A stretch of DNA of 64,000 nt, from NCBI GenBank assembly GCA_040388195.1, contig JAZKCF010000003.1:38752-102751 (forward strand), given 5' to 3'. Made by a program: the position numbers and the translations under genes. The DNA is from Pseudomonadota bacterium. GTDB taxonomy: Bacteria > Pseudomonadota > Gammaproteobacteria > Burkholderiales > DATLHW01. Shown one piece after another: positions 1 through 8,157 of the stretch (the stretch's first letter is position 1; every line of letters begins with the position of its first letter). The notes below the pieces were generated by a model, which was given only the letters and a program-made list of their open reading frames with translations, had not been told where the DNA came from and ran no database searches.

Positions 1-1
1 T

Positions 2-1006
2 TACAATGAGCAGGAAGTGCTGCCGGAATTTCAAAAGCGATTATCGGCGGTGCTCAGAAATACCGGACTGCAATATGAAGTGATTTATGTGAACGACGGC
101 AGTAGCGACGCCACGTTGTCGGTACTTCAAGAATTAAAAAAAACTGACGGTCGTATAGGCGTTGTCGATTTGAGTCGGAATTTTGGCAAGGAAATTGCAT
201 TGACGGCCGGACTGGATCACGCCGATGGAGACGCAGTAGTAGTGATCGATGCCGACCTCCAGGACCCGCCTGAATTAATTCCCGACCTTATTACCGGATG
301 GCGAGAAGGTTATGAAGTCGTCTACGCTACCCGCACGGTTCGCGAAGGCGAAAGTTTCATCAAAAAGGCAACAGCGCGGATGTTTTATCAGTTGATCCAG
401 CGAATTTGCCGTTTCAAAGTCCCTGAGGACACCGGTGATTTTCGGCTATTGAGTCGCCGCGCAGTGGAAGCAGTCAAGCAGTTGCGTGAACAGCATCGTT
501 TCATGAAAGGACTATTTGCTTGGGTGGGATTTCGCCAGAAAGCTGTTCTCTATCGGCGAGCACCACGATTTGCCGGTAGGACAAAATGGAATTATTGGCG
601 CTTGTGGAATCTTGCGTTGGAAGGTGTTACATCGTTTACGATTGTTCCTTTGCAACTAGCAACTTATCTTGGTTTGGCGGTGGCGGTAGGTGCCTTTGTT
701 TATGGCGCCGTCATTATCATCAAAACGGCGCTATACGGTAACCCTGTGCCTGGTTATCCGTCACTGATGGTAGTAATCCTGTTTTTGGGAGGCGTTCAAT
801 TGGTGGCCGTCGGGATTATTGGCGAATATTTAGGCCGCATGTTTGATGAAACGAAACACAGGCCTCTTTACTTGGTAAATGTGTTTAGACCGGCGACATC
901 GGGGCGAATTGGCCGTAGAATCATCGCTAGAAAATCTGTCGAAGCAGCGAATTCTCCTGATGCTGGAGACGAGGCGGATCTTTCTTCTGCGCGGCAGTCT
1001 TTTTAA
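2..1006 (+). CDS. Family 2 glycosyltransferase of the polyprenyl-phosphate sugar synthase type (GtrB/ArnC/DPM1-like); 5' end lies outside the window
   Basis: The frame is open back to nt 2 (YNEQEVLPEF...). It has the VIDADLQDPPE acidic motif and two C-terminal TM helices (IVPLQLATYLGLAVAVG..., VVILFLGGVQLVAVGIIGEYLGR) typical of GtrB/ArnC-like enzymes. Confidence 0.85.
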   Translation, partial: YNEQEVLPEFQKRLSAVLRNTGLQYEVIYVNDGSSDATLSVLQELKKTDGRIGVVDLSRNFGKEIALTAGLDHADGDAVVVIDADLQDPPELIPDLITGWREGYEVVYATRTVREGESFIKKATARMFYQLIQRICRFKVPEDTGDFRLLSRRAVEAVKQLREQHRFMKGLFAWVGFRQKAVLYRRAPRFAGRTKWNYWRLWNLALEGVTSFTIVPLQLATYLGLAVAVGAFVYGAVIIIKTALYGNPVPGYPSLMVVILFLGGVQLVAVGIIGEYLGRMFDETKHRPLYLVNVFRPATSGRIGRRIIARKSVEAANSPDAGDEADLSSARQSF

Positions 1007-1028
1007 GGTTTGTCAGACATTATTAAAA

Positions 1029-1132
1029 TAGGGCTTACGCAAAACCGTCCCAGCAAGGGCGACGACGCAGGCAGTACAAATTAGTACGACAAGGAGGAGC
1101 AACGCCGCCGGGGCGGTTTTGCGTAAGCCCTA
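1029..1132. repeat. Palindromic intergenic repeat, family A, copy 1 (~104 bp; termini TAGGGCTTACGCAAAACCG / CGGTTTTGCGTAAGCCCTA)
   Basis: Perfect 19-bp terminal inverted repeat. Related copies lie at 14476-14581 (same orientation) and 26128-26220 (internal part inverted). Confidence 0.85.
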
Positions 1133-1156
1133 TAAAATAAATTTCAAGGAAATTGC

Positions 1157-2389
1157 GTGATACCCACCATTGATTCAACGGCATCACCTACAAATACAAA
1201 TTCTGAAGATATTAAAGAAGATGTTGTAAAAGCGTTATCCGCGATTAACAGTGCTGAGCCTACGCCTGCGCTTGATACGGATAGGCCGGTTGCTCATGCT
1301 CCCATCAATACGCGCAATTTGGCGCTGACTATCCTTGCTACTCTCGCCGTTATATTCGCACTGGACTGGGCTGAACCATTTTTAGTCTCCTTGCTGCTCG
1401 GAATTCTCATTTCCTACACGCTTAACCCGCTTGTCGTATCGTTAGAACGCATTAAGATTCCACGGGTGATAGGTACCACTATCGTGATGGTAGGTGCGTT
1501 AAGTGGCCTGGTGTTGGGCGCATACGCCTTACGCGGACAAGTCCATACCATTATTGAGCAATTGCCTAAAGCAGCGAACAAAGTTTCGACCGGACTGCTT
1601 AGCATGGGAAAGACTAATTTTATTAATATGCAGAAAATGCAAACTGCCGCAGCCGAAATCGAGAAAGCGACAAATCGCGCAGCTGGCGTTGCGCCGGCTG
1701 CAAAACCGGCTGATACGCACATCGTTATCGATCAGCCGGCATTTAAGATTCGAGATTTTTTATGGCAAGGCTCCATGGGGGCGCTGGGTTTTATGGGGCG
1801 CGCAGCCATGGTGTTTTTCCTGGTTTTCTTTCTTCTCATAACGGGTGACACATTCAAACGAAAATTTGTCCGGATCACCGGGCCCTCCCTGACTAAGAAG
1901 AAAATTACTGTAAATATTCTTGATGATATCAATGATTCCATCCAGCGTTATATGTTCATGCTATTGGTGACCAATGGACTGATATTCTTACTTAACTGGC
2001 TGGCGTTCTATTGGATTGGTTTGGAAAATGCCGGTGCATGGGCTGCAGCGTCTGGCGTATTGCATATTATTCCTTACTTCGGTCCGCTTCTGACGATCGT
2101 CGCTACTGGAATGGCCGCCTTCATGCAATTCAATTCATTATCGATGGCACTGTTGGTTTGCGGCGCATCGCTTCTTATAGCGACTGTTGTAGGAACAATC
2201 GTCACAACATGGATGACCGGAAAAATTGCCAAGATGAATGCCGCAGCTGTATTTATTTCATTGCTGTTTTGGGCATGGCTTTGGGGCGCTTGGGGCTTAC
2301 TGCTGGGTATTCCGATTGTGGTGATTATCAAGGTCGTTTCGGAACATGTCGATGAAATGCATGCGTTGGGGGAATTGTTGGGAGAATAG
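1157..2389 (+). CDS. AI-2E family transporter (PerM/UPF0118-type permease)
   Basis: Multi-TM protein with a hydrophilic N-terminus. The central and C-terminal segments FFLVFFLLITGDTFKRKFVRI and LLLGIPIVVIIKVV are typical of AI-2E family permeases. GTG start preceded by AAGGAA. Confidence 0.75.
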   Translation: MIPTIDSTASPTNTNSEDIKEDVVKALSAINSAEPTPALDTDRPVAHAPINTRNLALTILATLAVIFALDWAEPFLVSLLLGILISYTLNPLVVSLERIKIPRVIGTTIVMVGALSGLVLGAYALRGQVHTIIEQLPKAANKVSTGLLSMGKTNFINMQKMQTAAAEIEKATNRAAGVAPAAKPADTHIVIDQPAFKIRDFLWQGSMGALGFMGRAAMVFFLVFFLLITGDTFKRKFVRITGPSLTKKKITVNILDDINDSIQRYMFMLLVTNGLIFLLNWLAFYWIGLENAGAWAAASGVLHIIPYFGPLLTIVATGMAAFMQFNSLSMALLVCGASLLIATVVGTIVTTWMTGKIAKMNAAAVFISLLFWAWLWGAWGLLLGIPIVVIIKVVSEHVDEMHALGELLGE

Positions 2390-2497
2390 AAACAAAAATG
2401 CGCCGTAGACAATTTATATGCCAAAAAATTTTTTTAAACATGGCAATTTCATGCAACATCGTCCATTCTTTAATTAGAAGTATTACGCATAGATCTA

Positions 2498-2677
2498 GTG
2501 GTCAGTCACGTCGGATTTGCACGGTGTGTGACCGTCATTCTGAGCGAAAGCGAAGAATCTGCTGTTTACAGTGATCAAAATTAACGCTGTGCATAACGCA
2601 GACAAAAAGCAGATTCTTCGTTGCACTCAGAATGACAATGGAAAAAAGGTACGTAACAATCCAATGTGATTGACCAC
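2498..2677. repeat. MITE/REP-like nested palindromic repeat, family B, copy 1 (core GTCATTCTGAGCGnnnCGAAGAATCTGC)
   Basis: Outer inverted ends are GGTCAGTCACGTCGGATTTG / CAATCCAATGTGATTGACC. Inner inverted arms are GTCATTCTGAGCGAAAGCGAAGAATCTGCT / AGCAGATTCTTCGTTGCACTCAGAATGAC. Further copies lie at ~10766, 12712 and 39522. Confidence 0.85.
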
Positions 2678-2715
2678 AAGTTTCCTCTCCCCATTTTAGG
2701 TTTAAGGTATTTCAC

Positions 2716-3738
2716 ATGCCTTCCGTTTCTAACATCGTGGTGGTTGGTGCATCCGCAGGTGGAGTAGCGAGCTTGCAGGCCCTAACAGCCGGTCTGCCTA
2801 GCGATTTTCATGCGGCAGTATTCATCGTCCTCCATATATCTCCCGAGTATGTCAGTCACCTGCCGCAGATCCTTTCTAATAAAGGACCGTTGCCTGCCGT
2901 TCATCCGAAAAATGGAGATCCCATTCGGCCAGGGCATATTTATGTGGCGCCGCCGGATCATCACTTGCTGCTGGAGGGCGAGTGTATAGGCGTTAGAAAA
3001 GGGCCAAAGGAGAATCGCTTTCGACCCTCCGTCGATGCGCTATTTCGGTCCGCCGCATATACCTATAAATCAAGCGTTATCGGCGTGGTGCTTTCAGGCG
3101 CTCTGGATGACGGCACGTCAGGGTTGTGGACGATCAAACGATTGGGCGGCATATCGGTTGTTCAAGATCCAGAGGACGCGACTTTCGATTCGATGCCACT
3201 GAGTGCGCTCAACCAAGTCGAGATTGATTATTCCTTGCCAGCATCCGACATCGGTCCTTTATTAGGACAGCTCATAAAAATTCCCGCGCATAAACAGATA
3301 GAAATTTCTGCTGAAGAGAAAACGCGATTGGAAACTGAAATTGGGATCGCAGGAAACGGGCATGCATTTGAAAGTGAAATTATGAAAATCGGGACCTTGA
3401 CGCCGTTTACATGTCCGGAATGCCACGGCACGCTGATGGAATTTAAGGAAGGAAATCTGTATCGATATCGATGCCATACCGGGCACGGCTATACGGCACA
3501 TGCGCTCCTTAATGAGGTCAGCGGCATGGTGGAAGACGGATTTTGGAGCGTGATTCGCGCATTGCAAGAGGCAGTCATGCTGCTCAAAGAAATGGGAAAA
3601 AAATACGCTGATATTGGCCAGACGGATACCGCTGAACAATTTTTTGAGAAAGCAAGCGACGCAGAACAGCGGGCACTGATACTTGAGAAAATGACGTTTA
3701 ACACCTCTAATATCAATGTCCATTCATTACAGGTTTAA
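2716..3738 (+). CDS. Stand-alone CheB-type methylesterase/deamidase domain protein (no receiver domain) with a C-terminal Cys/His zinc-ribbon-like extension
   Basis: CheB catalytic-domain motifs occur in order: VVGASAGG (Ser), VLHISP (His), FRPSVDALFRSAA, LSGALDDG (Asp). The C-terminal part contains FTCPECHGTL...YRCHTGHGY. Confidence 0.8.
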   Translation: MPSVSNIVVVGASAGGVASLQALTAGLPSDFHAAVFIVLHISPEYVSHLPQILSNKGPLPAVHPKNGDPIRPGHIYVAPPDHHLLLEGECIGVRKGPKENRFRPSVDALFRSAAYTYKSSVIGVVLSGALDDGTSGLWTIKRLGGISVVQDPEDATFDSMPLSALNQVEIDYSLPASDIGPLLGQLIKIPAHKQIEISAEEKTRLETEIGIAGNGHAFESEIMKIGTLTPFTCPECHGTLMEFKEGNLYRYRCHTGHGYTAHALLNEVSGMVEDGFWSVIRALQEAVMLLKEMGKKYADIGQTDTAEQFFEKASDAEQRALILEKMTFNTSNINVHSLQV

Positions 3739-5269
3739 CTGGGGTTAAACATAGCACCTCAATGCCGCGCGCTTGTATGCCCGGACAAGCGTTATAGCGA
3801 GTCGTCAATGCAGCGCGTAATGCATCGTTTGGGTCCGATACCCACGTTCTTCCGAATATATAAATAACACGGTTTGCGTTACCGAACGGCAGCGCAGCTG
3901 CGACGTCGTCGGCACCGCTTCGCTTAACTACCGTTTTTCCGCTTGGGTAATTTCTAAAGTGCCTTTGCGGCCAATGGAACTTCGCTAATGTTGCCATCTC
4001 ATCGGACGTGACAAGAATTTCCTCCTCGATCGGTACGTTTGCATCTAACCACTCGCCGATACCGTAAATATCTTCACGCCCGTGGCCGGGATTAGCCAAA
4101 TGCAGTGTGCTCGCACTTACCATGATGATAATCAATACCGCTGCCGCGCCGACGCGGATGCGATCATTCATGGTGTTTGGAAAGCCGGCGACAACGAACG
4201 CCAATAAAGCAGGACAACACGCCATGGCATAACGTGGATTATTGCCAACATCAAAGAGCATACTTGCAAAAAACGGGCCGAGTATAACTGTCCCGCAGAT
4301 AATGATGAGCGGAAGCCAATGCGTTTTTGGTAGGCAGCGAAGTGCAGCAAAACTGGTAACTGACAGCGCAACGAATCCAGCGAGCGCGAGCGGCAGATAA
4401 GTCAGTGCTGCTCGTGGACCTTCGGCATGAAGTTCGGCCGAACTTGGCAGTAACGTGTAACCGCTGATCAACGACCAAATCAACCCTGGTAACGCCACTA
4501 TTCCCATTTGATAACTACCACCGGCATGAGGCGTTGCTAAATATTTCGCGGCTAACACCGGTCCAGCCATCATGGCTAACGTTACTGCCATAGCCACTGC
4601 CCAAAATCGCCAGCGGTTCGATGCAAGAATTAACAATGCAAGAAATTCCGCCGCTATAAAAAATATGCTGTAGTAGTGAGTCGCTAATAATCCGGCATTT
4701 ATCAATACGAACGTAATACCTAGGTGTTGTGATTTATTTGTTACGAATCGTATTAACAAAAATGTATTGGCAGCGGCAAGCAGGCCCAGCAACGTATACA
4801 TTCTGGCTTCTTGCGCATGTTGTAAGAGATAGGGCGAAAGTGCGGCTAGCCAAGCGGCCCAGCGAGCGGCAGTTTTGTCCTTGATCACCCAGGCTATCGC
4901 GCCGATTAATGGAATGGTTAGCAAAGAAAAAATGGCACTTGGCAATCTGAGCATTTCAGGTGACGTGCCGACGATGGCTGTCCATGCTTTCAACATAAGG
5001 AAATAGAACGGCAAGTGGTTGTCGCTCAATACCACGCGCATCATTTGCGGCAGTGGTAATTCAATCCAGCTAGCGGTAAAGGTTTCATCAAACCAAAGTG
5101 CCGCACTATCCAATCGCCACAAGCGCAATATCATTCCTACTATCATTGCGGCCAAAATCACGTAATCAAATCTGATTGTTTCGTGGATTTTGTTTTGCGC
5201 TTTGCCGATAACATTTATAGCTGGCGAATATGTGGAAAAATTTACTGAAGCTGAACGTATATTTTTCAT
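3713..5269 (-). CDS. GT-C fold glycosyltransferase, family 39/83 (ArnT/PMT-like, polyprenyl-phosphate-sugar dependent)
   Basis: More than 10 predicted TM helices, with the first-loop motif LWFDETFTA (the acidic DE-type motif of ArnT/PMT enzymes). The 3' end overlaps the convergent CheB-like gene by 26 nt. Confidence 0.75.
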   Translation of the reverse strand: MKNIRSASVNFSTYSPAINVIGKAQNKIHETIRFDYVILAAMIVGMILRLWRLDSAALWFDETFTASWIELPLPQMMRVVLSDNHLPFYFLMLKAWTAIVGTSPEMLRLPSAIFSLLTIPLIGAIAWVIKDKTAARWAAWLAALSPYLLQHAQEARMYTLLGLLAAANTFLLIRFVTNKSQHLGITFVLINAGLLATHYYSIFFIAAEFLALLILASNRWRFWAVAMAVTLAMMAGPVLAAKYLATPHAGGSYQMGIVALPGLIWSLISGYTLLPSSAELHAEGPRAALTYLPLALAGFVALSVTSFAALRCLPKTHWLPLIIICGTVILGPFFASMLFDVGNNPRYAMACCPALLAFVVAGFPNTMNDRIRVGAAAVLIIIMVSASTLHLANPGHGREDIYGIGEWLDANVPIEEEILVTSDEMATLAKFHWPQRHFRNYPSGKTVVKRSGADDVAAALPFGNANRVIYIFGRTWVSDPNDALRAALTTRYNACPGIQARGIEVLCLTPVKPVMNGH

Positions 5270-5504
5270 CGTCCGTGGTGAATAGCATTAGGTTGATAGT
5301 ACAGCTTAGATGAAATGCTTAAGGCTCGCGATTTATGTGTTCGTTGAAAAGCACATTAAAGTTTTTCTCTTATACTCAAAGCCAGACCTTGCAAATATTT
5401 GGATATCGCAAAAACATTTATATCGCAACGTAAACCTTGATAAGCAACGGCATGGCTTAATTTTTGCTCAACCTGGGAAGTTAGACTGATAAGAGAGTTG
5501 AAAA

Positions 5505-6524
5505 ATGAAAGATACAACACAGAAGCGCGTCCTTGTGACCGGCGGCGCAGGGTTTCTTGGCTCACATCTTTGTGAGCGGCTGCTAAAGGAAGGAAGTGAA
5601 GTTTTATGCATAGATAATTTCTACACTGGCACTAAACGGAATATTCAGCACATGATGGGAAATCCGTTTTTCGAAGTGATGCGGCATGACATTACTTTTC
5701 CCGTTTACGTTGAGGTAGACGAGATATTCAATCTTGCTTGTCCAGCTTCACCGATTCATTATCAAAATGATCCGGTTCAAACAACGAAGGTGAATGTGCA
5801 TGGTTCCATCAATCTTCTTGGTTTGGCTAAGCGGGTAGGCGCACGGATTTTGCAGGCATCTACCTCTGAAGTGTATGGCGATCCAACAGTGCATCCACAA
5901 CCGGAGACGTACAACGGCTGCGTGGCGCCAACGGGGCCACGTGCTTGTTATGACGAAGGTAAGCGTTGTGCAGAAACGCTCTTCTTCGATTATTACCGCC
6001 AACATCAACTTGATATCAAGGTGGCGCGCATTTTTAATACCTATGGCCCTCGCATGCATCCTAACGATGGTCGTGTCGTATCTAACTTTATCGTGCAGGC
6101 CTTGCTCAACGAGCCAATCACGTTGTACGGGAATGGCTCACAAACACGATCGTTCTGTTACGTAGATGACTTGATCGATGGTTTGTTGAAATTAATGAGC
6201 TCACCCGATGGATTTACGGGGCCGGTGAATCTGGGGAATTCCTCGGAATTCACTATATTGGAATTAGCGGAACAAATCGTGGAACTGACGGGTTCCACGT
6301 CAACGCTGGTATTCAAGCCATTGCCAATACATGATCCGCAGCGGCGGCAACCAGATCTCACGCTGGCGAATAAACAATTGGGATATGTGCCGAAAGTCTC
6401 TTTGGAGGAAGGGCTGCGTAAAACGATTACCTATTTCGATGAATTGCTCAGCGGTGACGATGATTACGTTCATAAGGTATCAATGCCACCGGAAGGTAAG
6501 GTTGCGAGAGTTGCATGGCGATAA
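5505..6524 (+). CDS. UDP-glucuronate decarboxylase (UDP-xylose synthase-like SDR)
   Basis: [18 protein letters not shown]ossmann motif, [26 protein letters not shown] and YDEGKR (YxxxK). These are collinear with UXS/ArnA-decarboxylase-type extended SDRs. Confidence 0.9.
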   Translation: MKDTTQKRVLVTGGAGFLGSHLCERLLKEGSEVLCIDNFYTGTKRNIQHMMGNPFFEVMRHDITFPVYVEVDEIFNLACPASPIHYQNDPVQTTKVNVHGSINLLGLAKRVGARILQASTSEVYGDPTVHPQPETYNGCVAPTGPRACYDEGKRCAETLFFDYYRQHQLDIKVARIFNTYGPRMHPNDGRVVSNFIVQALLNEPITLYGNGSQTRSFCYVDDLIDGLLKLMSSPDGFTGPVNLGNSSEFTILELAEQIVELTGSTSTLVFKPLPIHDPQRRQPDLTLANKQLGYVPKVSLEEGLRKTITYFDELLSGDDDYVHKVSMPPEGKVARVAWR

Positions 6525-6647
6525 CTATGAGCGTTCAAAAGCAACGCCGACCGAACGCCTTAAGTGAACTGCTGTGAATTGCAAAAGAAGTGGACCATCG
6601 GCTTTTACCGATCACTAAACCCGCGTTAATTGCCGATTGTTTTTCTT

Positions 6648-8090
6648 ATGAAGCCTGTTGATAAATATTCCTTCGTCCGTTTTTTGAAATTGTTTGATTT
6701 AGGGGCGATGGTGGTGGCATTTATTTTTGCCGCCGCTATTCCCTATGTGGATTTCAGATCGCTGTCGTTTAGCGAATTCCTCGCGATGAAGGTCAAGGTC
6801 CAGAACGTTCTTTTATTTTCGGCATTTCTATTGCTATGGCACGTGGCTTTTTCTATTGCGGGTGCCTACACCAGAGACCGTCTTGATAAGGAAGGATGGA
6901 CCGAAGTTTTTTTTCTTCTGCGGGTGACGTTATATAGCGCGATGGCAATTTGGCTGGTGACTATATTCGTCAATATTGAATTAATGACCAAAGAGTGGCT
7001 AGTCGCATTTTGGTTGATGGCGTGCGGAATTAGTCTGATTGGTCGCATCGGCTTGCTTGGTTTTTTACGTTGGCGACGACGTTCAATTATTGGCCGTAGT
7101 CATTTAGTTATCGTTGGCACTAATGCGCGAGCAGTTAGCTTGGCGAAAAAAATTTCCGGTGATCCAGGGTATGGTTATCACTTGGTTGGTTTTGTGGACG
7201 AGCATTGGCCTGGCGAAGAGAAATTTCGAGAAAACGGTTATTCCGTAGTGAGCGATTTCAAGGGATTTCAAGATTATCTCAAAGATCACGTAGTTGATGA
7301 GGTCATTATCGGCACACCGATAAAGTCTCTCTATGACAGTTCTTACCGCATCGTCGAGCAATGCGAGCAGCAGGGAATTACGGTGAGAGTTTTGTCCGAT
7401 TTGTTTACCCCGACGCTGGGGCGATCGGAGGTTGAGCGCTTTGAAGAGCAGACCGTATTGACGGTGAATACCGGTGAAATGCGAGGGCCAGGAATACAAG
7501 TCAAACATGTATTGGATTTTTGCATTTCATTAGCATTGCTGATCATGTTATTGCCTTTTCTTTTGTTGATTGCCGTTGCGATCAAAATTGATTCCGCTGG
7601 TCCGGTACTTTTTGTACAGGAGCGCGTTGGTCTAAATAAACGTCGTTTTAAGTTATATAAATTCCGCACCATGGTGTCAGACGCTGAAAAACGTTTGTCG
7701 GAGCTGGAACACTTTAATGAAGTAAGCGGGCCAGTATTTAAGATTAAGCGTGACCCACGCATTACTCGTATCGGGGAAATTTTGCGAAAAAGTAGCCTTG
7801 ATGAATTTCCTCAGCTATTAAATATTCTGAGCGGTGATATGAGTTTGGTGGGGCCACGGCCTCTACCAGTTCGTGACTATCGCGGCTTTACCGAAGATTG
7901 GCACCGGCGCCGTTTCAGTGTGCGTCCTGGTATTACCTGCCTATGGCAAGTATGCGGACGTAATTCAATTCCATTTGAGCGATGGATGGAATTAGATATG
8001 CAATATATCGATCAATGGTCGCTGATGTTGGATTTTAAAATTTTGTTGAAAACCATACCGGCAGTTTTGAAGGGTTCGGGTGCGTCTTGA
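6648..8090 (+). CDS. Polyprenyl glycosylphosphotransferase (WbaP/EpsB-type initiating sugar transferase)
   Basis: N-terminal TM bundle, a central Rossmann-like linker (VIVGTNARAV) and a C-terminal bacterial sugar-transferase domain (FKLYKFRTM..., DELPQLLNILSGDMSLVGPRP). The ORF opens at 6630 (TTG); the ATG at 6648 is preferred. Confidence 0.9.
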   Translation: MKPVDKYSFVRFLKLFDLGAMVVAFIFAAAIPYVDFRSLSFSEFLAMKVKVQNVLLFSAFLLLWHVAFSIAGAYTRDRLDKEGWTEVFFLLRVTLYSAMAIWLVTIFVNIELMTKEWLVAFWLMACGISLIGRIGLLGFLRWRRRSIIGRSHLVIVGTNARAVSLAKKISGDPGYGYHLVGFVDEHWPGEEKFRENGYSVVSDFKGFQDYLKDHVVDEVIIGTPIKSLYDSSYRIVEQCEQQGITVRVLSDLFTPTLGRSEVERFEEQTVLTVNTGEMRGPGIQVKHVLDFCISLALLIMLLPFLLLIAVAIKIDSAGPVLFVQERVGLNKRRFKLYKFRTMVSDAEKRLSELEHFNEVSGPVFKIKRDPRITRIGEILRKSSLDEFPQLLNILSGDMSLVGPRPLPVRDYRGFTEDWHRRRFSVRPGITCLWQVCGRNSIPFERWMELDMQYIDQWSLMLDFKILLKTIPAVLKGSGAS

Positions 8091-8157
8091 GCCAATGCTT
8101 GAAAGCAACCGGGCTTCCTAAACGCCTACGCTGCATAAACACATTAAGGGGAGTGCG

